From Clostridia bacterium (GTDB lineage Bacteria; Bacillota; Clostridia; Christensenellales; JBMNLC01), in assembly GCA_050952525.1 (NCBI GenBank), contig JBMNLC010000001.1:340123-404122 (forward strand): 64,000 nt of DNA. Direction: 5' to 3'. Below are positions 11,491 to 21,040 of the stretch, in pieces. The position numbers were made by a program, and so were the translations under genes. Each line of letters begins with the position of its first letter. The stretch's first letter is position 1. The notes under the pieces were generated by a model that saw nothing but the letters and a program-made list of their open reading frames with translations, was not told the origin of the DNA and ran no database searches.

Positions 11491-11952
11491 ATGCGAAAGA
11501 TGAGAAGACAGGATCGAGCCATAAGCCATCAAGAGGCTGTTGAGCTATTGAAAAGGAGTCAGTATGGTATTCTGTCGACGGTTGACGCAGATGGTCGGCC
11601 ATATGGGGTGCCACTGAACTATGTATACCATAACGACAGCATCTATTTCCATTGCGCTCCGGTAGGACACAAACTGGATAATATTCGGGACAACGGAAAG
11701 GTATCCTTTTGTGTTGTGGGGGATGCGGAGCTTGTACCGGATAAACTTACAAGCAGATATGAAAGCGTTATTTTGTTCGGAAGGGCTTCCGAAGTGGATG
11801 GGGGAGAAAAGGAGGCAGCGTTCTTAGCAATGGTGGAAAAATATGCAGATCGGTTTCTGGAGAAGGGGAAGGACTGCATAAAGCATGTCAATGACAAGGC
11901 CAAAATCATCAAAATATCCATTGAGTATCTGTCAGGCAAAGCGAACAAATGA
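11491..11952 (+). CDS. Pyridoxamine 5'-phosphate oxidase-like FMN-binding protein (NimA family)
   Basis: MRRQDR start, PYGVPLNY, IYFHCA..GHK and YESVILFG motifs. Confidence 0.85.
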   Translation: MRKMRRQDRAISHQEAVELLKRSQYGILSTVDADGRPYGVPLNYVYHNDSIYFHCAPVGHKLDNIRDNGKVSFCVVGDAELVPDKLTSRYESVILFGRASEVDGGEKEAAFLAMVEKYADRFLEKGKDCIKHVNDKAKIIKISIEYLSGKANK

Positions 11953-11969
11953 GCTCAAGGATATGATGA

Positions 11970-13286
11970 TTACACCGTTGAACCCAATTTCCTGTTCTGC
12001 TTCCTCCAATAATATCTGAAACAGGGATTGCCCTTGATTTTCGCGGAAGGGATAGCGGTTCGGCAGGTCTCTTCGATGAGTTCTTCTTCCTTTTCCTTGG
12101 CGTAGGCCATGATCTCCAGCAGCCGGTCTTCATGGAAGCCTACTTTTTGTACCGAAGACACCATTTCATCGAGTTCATTCTCCAGGTCATCCCTTTTTGC
12201 GATGTATGCTTGTACTTCAGGAATTCGGTTTTCCAGGATCATCCGATGGAGTCGTTCCCGTTTGGTCCAGTATTCCACAGCAGAAGCCGTTTCCTCCTCG
12301 GCAAAGGTGAAGGGTTCGTTGTCAACCGTCCATAAGGGCTTAAAGACGGAAAGACAGGGAGTAGAGCTGCCGGTTACCCAATGGGTGCACCTTTCTTCAT
12401 CCAGCTGGGCAATGTAGCTGCCGGTGGTATGGTCTCCGTAAAGAAATCCGCCATGCATGCAAATGCTCTTCAGGGAACTCCTGGAGAATGGGTTTTTTCT
12501 GATCTTATCCTCATGATGCCTTAATATCCCCTTTAGTGTACGAACCGTTATTCTTCCCTTCTCCTGCTGGAGAATACGGGTACTGGCCTCGTACCTTTGG
12601 TGTGATCCACTGAAGTAGGTAATCAGGGGGTCGCCATAACATCGGGCGAAATGAAAGTCCTGTTCTCCCCTGCACCATCCCTTTTCAACGGCATGCTGTA
12701 TGAGATCGGGATGGCAACGATCAAAATGACTGCCTATGGTCAGGCAGTTGGAGATGCTTCGAACATCCTTTACCTTCTCGGCAGCCCAATACTTGCCTGC
12801 CGTCTCCAGCACCCAGGCCGATCTTTTGTCAGCGATCAGGAAGGAATTGTGGTAGGTGAAGGGCTTTTCGTAGCCGCAGTTTCCCCCCTGTCCGTATTGC
12901 TCCAGAAGGTCGGTAATCAGCTCCAGAGCTTCATCGCTGTTTTTGCACCGCTCCAGGGCAATCCGCAGCATATCCATGCCGATAAGGCTGTCTGGCCCCT
13001 TTCTTTCCTTGGTGAATACCGCCTCGTTTCCAATGGTAAGGCCAAATTCATTCCATCCCATTTCTGCGCCCCAAATCCAGGAGGGCTTTAGTAGCAGAAC
13101 CTCGTAGGTTTCTTCCGCCTGCTCAATCTCAATATAGGTACACTTCGCCCGAGTGCCCGGTTTGTAATGCTTTCGGGGAACCCGTACAATGATATGGGGT
13201 TCATTGGGCTGACGGTCACTGTTTTTTGCAAACAGGGTGGAACCATCCAGGGTGGCATTTCCTAAAGCGACCATGGTATCGCACAT
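11970..13286 (-). CDS. Peptidase C69 family (secernin/dipeptidase, Ntn hydrolase)
   Basis: Start MCDT (Cys2 nucleophile) after an AAGGAGG RBS; FAKNSDR, WGAEMG and GNEAVF motifs. Confidence 0.88.
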   Translation of the reverse strand: MCDTMVALGNATLDGSTLFAKNSDRQPNEPHIIVRVPRKHYKPGTRAKCTYIEIEQAEETYEVLLLKPSWIWGAEMGWNEFGLTIGNEAVFTKERKGPDSLIGMDMLRIALERCKNSDEALELITDLLEQYGQGGNCGYEKPFTYHNSFLIADKRSAWVLETAGKYWAAEKVKDVRSISNCLTIGSHFDRCHPDLIQHAVEKGWCRGEQDFHFARCYGDPLITYFSGSHQRYEASTRILQQEKGRITVRTLKGILRHHEDKIRKNPFSRSSLKSICMHGGFLYGDHTTGSYIAQLDEERCTHWVTGSSTPCLSVFKPLWTVDNEPFTFAEEETASAVEYWTKRERLHRMILENRIPEVQAYIAKRDDLENELDEMVSSVQKVGFHEDRLLEIMAYAKEKEEELIEETCRTAIPSAKIKGNPCFRYYWRKQNRKLGSTV

Positions 13287-13587
13287 GGCGTTCCCTCCTT
13301 TTCCATCATGTGGATGTATTCGACATTTAGAGGCCAAATCCTCTTTAGCAGCTAAAAACAACATATCTTTTGCCAAGTTGGCTGCAAGGAATCCTTGCGA
13401 ATGGAACCGCTTTTTCTATGAAAAAGAGGTTTTTTTTTCTTTGTCACGAATAACTTCTAATGGATGATCCATAAGGCGAAATCTGCTTATGCTTGAATAT
13501 AGCCTTTGGGATAAAAAGAAAATAGGAACGAGATTCCTGTAAATCTAGCAGGAGTGGCAGCTAGCATTCAAAAGTTTGGAGGTAAGC

Positions 13588-14922
13588 ATGATGAGTTTCA
13601 AAGAATTTCGATATGGGAGCCTGGATGAATTGATAGAGGAATCCGCTTCCCTGGGATTGGATCTGCATTTTTCAGTGAACTTGAAAGTGCTGGGTAAAAA
13701 GGCGACCATTCAAGGTCATACGGTACCCAACTCCATGGCCATACATCCCATGGAAGGCAGTGACGGCAACCCTGACGGCAGCCCCGGAGAATTGACCGTC
13801 AGGAGGTATGACCGCTTCTCCAGGGGAGGAGCAGGGCTCATATGGTTTGAGGCCGTTGCTGTTGTCCCGGAGGGGAAGGCAGTCTCCAGGCAGCTGCGGA
13901 TGGATGAGCATAACCTGCCGGAATTCCAGCGGCTCCTGGAGAAGATGACCCAAAATGCCCATAGAGAATTCGGGAACAACTTTGATCCCCTATACATCGT
14001 CCAGTTGACCCATTCCGGCCGATTCAGCAAGCCGGAGGGAGTATCAGCCCCCATCATTGCCTGCAAAAATCCCTATTTCGAGGAACGATTTAAGAATGAA
14101 AATATCGCCCATGTGATCCGTGACGATGAGCTGGAAGCCCTGGAGGATAAATATGTTGAGACGGCAGTCCTGGCTCACAAGGCGGGTTTTCATGGTGTGG
14201 ACATCAAAGCCTGTCATCGATATCTCCTTTCCGAGCTCCTGTCAGCGTACACAAGGGAGGGGAAATACGGAGGAGATTTCGAAGGCCGCACCCGATTCCT
14301 CCTCAATGCGGTGGATAAGATCAAATCCAGGCTGGGCAGTAGCTTTATGGTTGCCTCCCGACTGAATATCTATGATGGCATCCCCTATCCAAATGGCTGG
14401 GGGGTGGATAAGGAGGATTATCGGAGCTATGATCTGACGGAGCCTATAAGGCTGGTGAAGCTGCTCTATGACAAGGGGGTTCGGTTGGTGAACCTGACGA
14501 TGGGCACCCCGTATTATAATCCTCATGTTAACAGACCATATGACAAAGGGGGATATGTACCCGATGAACACCCTCTCCGGGGTGTTGCCAGACTGGTGAA
14601 AGGTGTCGGTGAGGTACAGAAAGCTTGCCCCGATATGGCTGTCGTAGGAACGGGCTACAGCTGGCTTAGACAGTTTTCACCCCATCTGGGAGCCGGCAGC
14701 CTGGAAAAAGGACTGGCTACCCTCATCGGATTTGGCAGGGAAGCCTTTGCTTATCCCGATTTCGCCAGGGATATCCTGACCCATGGGGCCCTTGACAGGA
14801 GGAAATGCTGTATCACCTGCGGAAAATGCGCCGAGATCCTGAGGGCCGGTGGCACGACCGGTTGTGTCGTACGGGATCCTGAGATCTATGTGCCGGCATA
14901 TAGAGAGTTTTGCGGGTCATAA
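13588..14922 (+). CDS. NADH:flavin oxidoreductase (Old Yellow Enzyme family) with C-terminal Cys cluster
   Basis: HPMEG, QLTHSGR, GVDIKACHRYL, YGGDFEGRTRF and CITCGKC...C motifs. Confidence 0.85.
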   Translation: MMSFKEFRYGSLDELIEESASLGLDLHFSVNLKVLGKKATIQGHTVPNSMAIHPMEGSDGNPDGSPGELTVRRYDRFSRGGAGLIWFEAVAVVPEGKAVSRQLRMDEHNLPEFQRLLEKMTQNAHREFGNNFDPLYIVQLTHSGRFSKPEGVSAPIIACKNPYFEERFKNENIAHVIRDDELEALEDKYVETAVLAHKAGFHGVDIKACHRYLLSELLSAYTREGKYGGDFEGRTRFLLNAVDKIKSRLGSSFMVASRLNIYDGIPYPNGWGVDKEDYRSYDLTEPIRLVKLLYDKGVRLVNLTMGTPYYNPHVNRPYDKGGYVPDEHPLRGVARLVKGVGEVQKACPDMAVVGTGYSWLRQFSPHLGAGSLEKGLATLIGFGREAFAYPDFARDILTHGALDRRKCCITCGKCAEILRAGGTTGCVVRDPEIYVPAYREFCGS

Positions 14923-14948
14923 TCAATGGATTTAAAGGAGGATACGAA

Positions 14949-15725
14949 ATGAAGCATCAAAAAGCAGCCCTGGTGACCGGAGCTTCTAGGGGAATTGGGA
15001 ATGCTGTGGCTGCCCAGCTCGCTGCGGAAGGCTATGCTGTGGCCGCCGTAGGTACCAGCGATGAGAAGGCAGTATCTCAAAATCTGAATCGCATCCGGGA
15101 AGCAGGGCAGCCCTTTGTCTATATACAGGCAGACCTTTCCTTAAGGGAAGACAGAAAGCGGATTGTGGATACAACCCTGTCTTCTTTCGGAAGGATCGAT
15201 GTACTGGTGAATAATGCCGGGGTAGCCCCCAAGGTTCGAAGGGACATATTGGAGATGACGGAAGAAAGCATGGATTATGTCTTGGGCATAAACCTGAAGG
15301 GCACCTTCTTTCTGACCCAACTGGTGGCTAATGTCATGATCAAGGAGATAGAGACGATAGAGGGAATCAAGCCCAAGATTATCAACATATCTTCCATATC
15401 CGCCTATACATCCTCCACCCAGCGGGGGGAATACTGCATTTCCAAGGCGGGGATCAGCATGGTGACAAGCCTCTTTGCCGACAGGCTGGCGGGGTACGGA
15501 ATCCATGTATATGAGATTCGACCAGGGATTATCCGGACGGACATGACTTCGGCCGTCAAGGACAAGTACGATCAGCTTATTAAGGAAGGCCTTACGCCCA
15601 TCAAGCGATGGGGATATCCGGAGGATGTTGCCAATGCGGTTTCTGTTTTTTGCTCTGACAAGCTGAATTTCTCAACCGGTGAAGTCATCAATGTGGACGG
15701 TGGATTCCATATCCGAAGATTGTAA
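14949..15725 (+). CDS. Short-chain dehydrogenase/reductase (3-ketoacyl-ACP reductase-like)
   Basis: TGASRGIG, NNAG, YCISK (YxxxK) and DGG motifs. Confidence 0.88.
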   Translation: MKHQKAALVTGASRGIGNAVAAQLAAEGYAVAAVGTSDEKAVSQNLNRIREAGQPFVYIQADLSLREDRKRIVDTTLSSFGRIDVLVNNAGVAPKVRRDILEMTEESMDYVLGINLKGTFFLTQLVANVMIKEIETIEGIKPKIINISSISAYTSSTQRGEYCISKAGISMVTSLFADRLAGYGIHVYEIRPGIIRTDMTSAVKDKYDQLIKEGLTPIKRWGYPEDVANAVSVFCSDKLNFSTGEVINVDGGFHIRRL

Positions 15726-15737
15726 GGGTGAGTTGGG

Positions 15738-17753
15738 ATGAACAAAGATAGGATTGTCATCAAAGGCCTTGAAATGGATGTATACAGTTTGAATACGGTG
15801 GTTGTGGGTACCGGCGCTGCAGGCTTCAATGCCGCCGACAGCTTATATACCTTTGGCCAGCGGGACATTGCCATTGTGACGGAAGGGATTCAGATGGGGA
15901 CTTCCAGGAACACGGGCTCGGACAAGCAGACCTATTATAAGCTGACCTTGTCCGGAGAGACCCAGGATTCGGTGATGGATATGGCCAGAACCCTTTTCAA
16001 CGGAGGTTCCATGCATGGGGATATTGCCTTAGTGGAGGCTTCTCTTTCCGCAAGGTGCTTCTTTAAGCTGGTGGATATCGGAGTCCCCTTTCCCCATAAC
16101 AGGTATGGGGAGTATGTAGGCTATAAGACCGATCATGATCCAAGGCAGCGAGCCACCTCCTGTGGTCCATTGACATCCAGGATCATGACGGAGAGGCTGG
16201 AGACCCGGGTGAAGGAAAAGGGCATCCGAGTCTTTGACGGCTATCGGGTCATTGGAATCCTGACAGCTCCCGACGGAAAAAGAGGAGGGACCAGGGCTGT
16301 AGGGCTGGCTGCCCTAAATTTGAACAAGCTTGAAGAGCCCAACATGGGCTTTACCTTGTTCAATTGCACCAATATTATCTATGCCACCGGCGGCCCGGCG
16401 GGCATGTACTTTAGCTCCGTGTATCCGGAGAGCCAGACAGGGGCTTCGGGGATTGCCTTCGAGGCCGGAGCCAGGGGGATCAACCTGACGGAATCCCAGT
16501 ATGGGCTGGCATCCATTAAATTCAGATGGAATCTTTCCGGCACCTACCAGCAGGTGATCCCCAGGTACGTCTCCACAGACCAGGATGGAGGGGATGAAAG
16601 GGAATTCCTTGAAGCGTATTTCGAAACGCCGGGACAAATGCTGGACAGCATTTTTCTCAAAGGATACCAGTGGCCTTTCGATCCAAGGAAGGTCATGGAT
16701 TTTGGCTCCTCCCTCATCGATATCCTGGTTTACCATGAGACCCAGATCAAAGGAAGGCGGGTTTTCCTGGACTTTACCAGGAATCCGGCTTGGGGCAGTC
16801 GAAATGGAGAGTTGGACTTCTCCCTCCTTGGCCGGGAAGCTTATCAGTATCTGGAAAACTCCGGAGCTCTCTTTGGTACTCCGATTGAAAGGCTGGAGAA
16901 GATGAACCGGCCGGCCATTGATCTATATAAAAACAATGGGATCGACCTGAGGAGGGAATACCTGGAGATCGGGGTATGTGCCCAGCACAACAACGGCGGC
17001 TTGATGGGCAATATTTGGTGGGAAAGCAATATCAAGCATTTCTTTCCGGTAGGAGAGGCGAACGGAACCTTCGGTGTCTACAGGCCTGGAGGGAGTGCAT
17101 TGAATTCCACCCAGGTGGGCAGCCTCAGGGCGGCCCAATACATCTGTGAAAATTATGGGGAGGCTCCCTTGAACGTGGAGAGCTTCACAGAGCTGGTGAG
17201 CCACCAGGTGGAGGTAAAAGTGGATGTGGCAAGACACTTTGCAGGGAAGATCTCTTCCTCTTCCAATGTGCAGGAGTTAAGAAAGAAATATCAGCAGAGG
17301 ATGACCAAATCCGGTGCCCATATCCGCTCCGGGGAAGGTGTCGCAAAAGCCGTCCAGGAATGCCGTAAGGATATCAAGGAGTTCATGACAGCCACCCGAA
17401 TGGGAACAATACAGGAACTCTCCCAGGTTTTCATCAACTGGGACATTTTATTGACCCAGCTGGTGTACCTAAGTGCTATCCAGGAATATATCAAAAGGGG
17501 CGGAAGAAGCAGAGGTTCTTACTTGGTACAGGATGAGAAGGGTGAACTGCCCATTCCGGGACTTCCTGAAGCGTTCCGATTCTCCCTGGGCGACGGTGAA
17601 CTCCTTGGCTACGTATGCGAGATGGAGCTTAAAAGGGGAAACGGGGAATGGAGATGCAATGCAGACTGGAAGCCTGTGAGACCTATTCCCATCGGGGATC
17701 ACTGGTTCGAAAATGTCTTGAATGAATATCGGAGAAAGGAAATCATTCGTTAA
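15738..17753 (+). CDS. FAD-binding oxidoreductase, succinate dehydrogenase/fumarate reductase flavoprotein superfamily
   Basis: VVGTGAAG, ATGG, QHNNGG, GE..G..RPGGSAL and SRG motifs. Confidence 0.8.
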   Translation: MNKDRIVIKGLEMDVYSLNTVVVGTGAAGFNAADSLYTFGQRDIAIVTEGIQMGTSRNTGSDKQTYYKLTLSGETQDSVMDMARTLFNGGSMHGDIALVEASLSARCFFKLVDIGVPFPHNRYGEYVGYKTDHDPRQRATSCGPLTSRIMTERLETRVKEKGIRVFDGYRVIGILTAPDGKRGGTRAVGLAALNLNKLEEPNMGFTLFNCTNIIYATGGPAGMYFSSVYPESQTGASGIAFEAGARGINLTESQYGLASIKFRWNLSGTYQQVIPRYVSTDQDGGDEREFLEAYFETPGQMLDSIFLKGYQWPFDPRKVMDFGSSLIDILVYHETQIKGRRVFLDFTRNPAWGSRNGELDFSLLGREAYQYLENSGALFGTPIERLEKMNRPAIDLYKNNGIDLRREYLEIGVCAQHNNGGLMGNIWWESNIKHFFPVGEANGTFGVYRPGGSALNSTQVGSLRAAQYICENYGEAPLNVESFTELVSHQVEVKVDVARHFAGKISSSSNVQELRKKYQQRMTKSGAHIRSGEGVAKAVQECRKDIKEFMTATRMGTIQELSQVFINWDILLTQLVYLSAIQEYIKRGGRSRGSYLVQDEKGELPIPGLPEAFRFSLGDGELLGYVCEMELKRGNGEWRCNADWKPVRPIPIGDHWFENVLNEYRRKEIIR

Positions 17754-17788
17754 CCGTCCGTGCAGGATGAGCTTGATGGAGGGATTTT

Positions 17789-18796
17789 ATGATAAAAGCG
17801 GTTTTTATGTCCCAGGGATGCAACCGGGAGTTGCTGGATAGGGTGTATGCTCCTGAAAGCATAAAAAGAATCGAACAATATGCTCTCGTCTATCCTGAAG
17901 CGGTGGAAAAGGACAATTTGACAGCCCATCGTGAAGATCTCAAGGATGTGGAAGTGGTTTTTGCAACTTGGGGTATGCCGACCCTGTCTGAAACAGAGAT
18001 TCAGGACTATCTGCCGAATCTAAAGGCGGTATTTTATGCAGCGGGCAGTGTGCAGTACTTTGCCCGCCCTTTTTTGAAAAAGGGCATTCGGGTAGTCAGT
18101 GCATGGGCAGCCAATGCAGTACCAGTAGCGGAATATACATTGGCCCAGATCCTGCTGGCCAATAAGGGCTTTTTTCAGAATGCCCTGAAAGCCAAAAAGG
18201 ATTATGCTGCAGCCAGGGGCTATTCTGAGATCTTCGCAGGCAATTATGGAGTGAAGGTGGGTATTCTGGGAGCCGGCATGATCGGTACAAAGCTGATTGA
18301 GCTTTTGAAGCCCTTTCAGTTGGAGGTGTTGGTATACGATCCCTACCTATCTGATGACAGGGCGGAGGAGTTGGGGGTGAGAAAGGCTTCCCTCTCAGAG
18401 ATTTTCTCCCAATGCCAGACCATTTCCAACCACATTGCCAACCTTCCCACCACGGTGGGTATGCTTCACGGAGAGCATTTTGACCGGATGCTGCCCAATG
18501 CCACATTTATCAATACAGGGCGGGGAGCCCAGGTGGTAGAGGAGGATTTGATCAAAGCGCTAAAGGCAGTTCCTAGCCGGACCGCCATATTGGATGTGAC
18601 GGACCCGGAACCACCGGCGCCGGACAGTGAACTATATAAAATGGAAAATGTGATCCTTAGCTCCCATATCGCCGGCAGCATGGGCAGGGAAGTGGAGCGG
18701 ATGGGATCCTATATGGTTGAGGAATTCGTTCGCTATATCAGAGGCGAAGCCTTGAAATACAATGTAACCATGGAAATGCTGGAGACGATGGCTTGA
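17789..18796 (+). CDS. D-isomer-specific 2-hydroxyacid dehydrogenase
   Basis: GAGMIG, FINTGRG, LDVTDPEP and HIAGS motifs. Confidence 0.88.
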   Translation: MIKAVFMSQGCNRELLDRVYAPESIKRIEQYALVYPEAVEKDNLTAHREDLKDVEVVFATWGMPTLSETEIQDYLPNLKAVFYAAGSVQYFARPFLKKGIRVVSAWAANAVPVAEYTLAQILLANKGFFQNALKAKKDYAAARGYSEIFAGNYGVKVGILGAGMIGTKLIELLKPFQLEVLVYDPYLSDDRAEELGVRKASLSEIFSQCQTISNHIANLPTTVGMLHGEHFDRMLPNATFINTGRGAQVVEEDLIKALKAVPSRTAILDVTDPEPPAPDSELYKMENVILSSHIAGSMGREVERMGSYMVEEFVRYIRGEALKYNVTMEMLETMA

Positions 18797-18813
18797 AGGA
18801 GGGAGAAGGGTTT

Positions 18814-19581
18814 ATGATTCATACAGGCCTTGTGTCCATTACATTCCGCAGCCTGTCCCCTCAGGAGATTGTAGCTTTGGTGGCAAAGGCGGGCTTGAGG
18901 GGAATCGAATGGGGAGGAGATATCCATGTTCCCCATGGTGATTTGCGACGGGCTAAGGAAGTATACCGAATGACAACCGATGCAGGATTGGAGGTTGCCT
19001 CATATGGTTCCTATTATCGTGTAGGCTGTGAGGAGAAGGAGAGCATACCCTTTGAAGGCGTTCTGGATACAGCCCTTGCACTAAAGGCTCCTGTTATCCG
19101 AGTATGGGCGGGAGACCGTGGCTCCCGGGAAGCCGATGAAGATCGGTGGACAAAGGTCATTGATGAGACCTGCCGGATTGGTGCACTGGCAAAGGAAGCA
19201 GGGATCACCATTTCCTTTGAATACCATGGCAACACCCTCACCGATACCACTGAATCGGCATTCAGACTAATGAAGGTGGTAGGTGGGGAAGGTATCACTT
19301 GTTATTGGCAGCCGCCAGTTGGGCTGGAGGATGAGCAGAGGATAGCGGGACTCAGACAGATCTTGCCCTGGCTGGAGAATATCCATGTATTTTGGTGGAA
19401 TATCTACGAGAGGAGGCCCTTGGTGGAGGGAATGGATGCCTGGAGAAAGTATATGGAGCTCATTCGAACCGCTCAGGGTGACCGTTTTTGCATGCTGGAG
19501 TTTGTCAGGGATGATGATCCCAACCAATTTTTGAAGGATACAGTCACATTAAAAGCCATTGTGGATGGTCCCGAAGGATAG
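18814..19581 (+). CDS. Sugar phosphate isomerase/epimerase (xylose isomerase-like TIM barrel)
   Basis: IEWGGD, FEYHGNTLTD, HVF and LEF metal-ligand pattern. Confidence 0.8.
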   Translation: MIHTGLVSITFRSLSPQEIVALVAKAGLRGIEWGGDIHVPHGDLRRAKEVYRMTTDAGLEVASYGSYYRVGCEEKESIPFEGVLDTALALKAPVIRVWAGDRGSREADEDRWTKVIDETCRIGALAKEAGITISFEYHGNTLTDTTESAFRLMKVVGGEGITCYWQPPVGLEDEQRIAGLRQILPWLENIHVFWWNIYERRPLVEGMDAWRKYMELIRTAQGDRFCMLEFVRDDDPNQFLKDTVTLKAIVDGPEG

Positions 19582-19777
19582 CTGCCATTTGATTCGTCTA
19601 TTCTTTGTCATCATGTTCTTGAATTTATGCAACCTGTGGTTGAATTTGCGGTTATATTCCCGATTCAACTACGCTTCCATTGTTTTTGCCGGGAGCAAAT
19701 GGTACATTGAAAACAGCAGAACAGCTGCTAGCTGTTGTGGCCACTGCAGCACCGATGAATATTTTGGAGGTGTAGGG

Positions 19778-20809
19778 ATGATCAATACCAGGATCGTAGG
19801 AGCATATATATCCCAGCTGAGGAAGGAGAAGAATTTAACCCAGGCCGAACTTGCAGAGCAGCTGAACATCAGCCATCAAGCGGTATCCAAATGGGAAAAC
19901 GGAATAGCTTTGCCGGATACGGAGACTTTACTGCTCCTGGCTAGGATCTTTCATGTATCGATTGAGGAACTCCTCAGTGGAGGAAAAACCGGACCTGTAC
20001 AGAGACGGGATGACCCTCGGTTGCCGGACTCCGAAGCAGAGCTGTCGGCTGATGAGGAAAGTATTTCAGATTTAGAATCTGAAGAAACCTTCATGCTTAA
20101 AGATGCCATAGCAAATGAAACAAATGATGGGATAGAAAACGGGATCAAAATACCCAATTTAGCCGCAATCAAATCCCTTATCCAGGCCAGGATAAAAGAG
20201 AAAAACAAGCTTGATGCAGAGCTGCAATCAGAGGAGGACATTGGGGAGCCCATCCATTCTGCACACACTTTCTCGATATCCCGCGAGCAGAAAAAGGGGG
20301 AAGAGACAAACGAAATTGATGCGATGGAAGCAGTCCTGGATCAGTCGCAAGCAGAAAAGGAGGGCAGGCGAATGAAGATCAATGCGGAATATTTGGCTCA
20401 GCTGGCTCCCTTCTTGAGCAAGGAAGCCCTTAATCGGGCTTTTGACATGATGGAGGAGGGCACCTTGAACATCAAATACCTGGGGCGAATGGCTCCCTTT
20501 CTGAGCAAGGAAACCCTGGACAAGGTCTTTAATATGATTTCAGAGGGCGAAATCAGCCCAAAGCATCTGGCCCATTTAGCTCCTTACCTAAGCCCGGAAA
20601 ATTTGGATAAGGCCTTCAATATGATTACGGAGGGTCAAATCAGTGCAGATCACCTTGTCCATCTGGCGCCCTTTCTAAGGTATGAGTCATTATTGAAGGC
20701 AGTTACGATGATCCAGGAAGGAACGATGAAGCCGAATCACCTGGTAGCTCTGGCACCCTTTCTAGACAAAGACACACTAGAAGCCCTTCTCTTCAGTGGA
20801 GAGGAGTAA
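19778..20809 (+). CDS. XRE-family HTH regulator with C-terminal tandem helical repeats
   Basis: LRKEKNLTQAELAEQLNISHQAVSKWENG HTH after a GGAGG RBS; five ~29-aa LAPFL repeats. Confidence 0.85.
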   Translation: MINTRIVGAYISQLRKEKNLTQAELAEQLNISHQAVSKWENGIALPDTETLLLLARIFHVSIEELLSGGKTGPVQRRDDPRLPDSEAELSADEESISDLESEETFMLKDAIANETNDGIENGIKIPNLAAIKSLIQARIKEKNKLDAELQSEEDIGEPIHSAHTFSISREQKKGEETNEIDAMEAVLDQSQAEKEGRRMKINAEYLAQLAPFLSKEALNRAFDMMEEGTLNIKYLGRMAPFLSKETLDKVFNMISEGEISPKHLAHLAPYLSPENLDKAFNMITEGQISADHLVHLAPFLRYESLLKAVTMIQEGTMKPNHLVALAPFLDKDTLEALLFSGEE

Positions 20810-21040
20810 TGATCCTGTTGTAACGGAATGCTGCAGGGCTTGTATTCATCCTTGAATATGGGCCCTGCTTTTTTATCGGACAGTGTTCGCTTATCAGGGG
20901 GTTCTGTTGATATCGAAAGGACAAGAAGAGGGGCGAGCCGGCATACGCTATGCATACTGTATTCAAAGGAAATAGTATTTGAAATATTACTATATATTTA
21001 GTATAGTTATACAATCATATATTATATAAGGGGGAGAAGG

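Noticed and set aside
19559-19777. Long N-terminal extensions in the ORF track (also at 13376, 10048, 43458, 43532)
   Set aside because: Downstream starts have clear RBSs and match the family N-termini.
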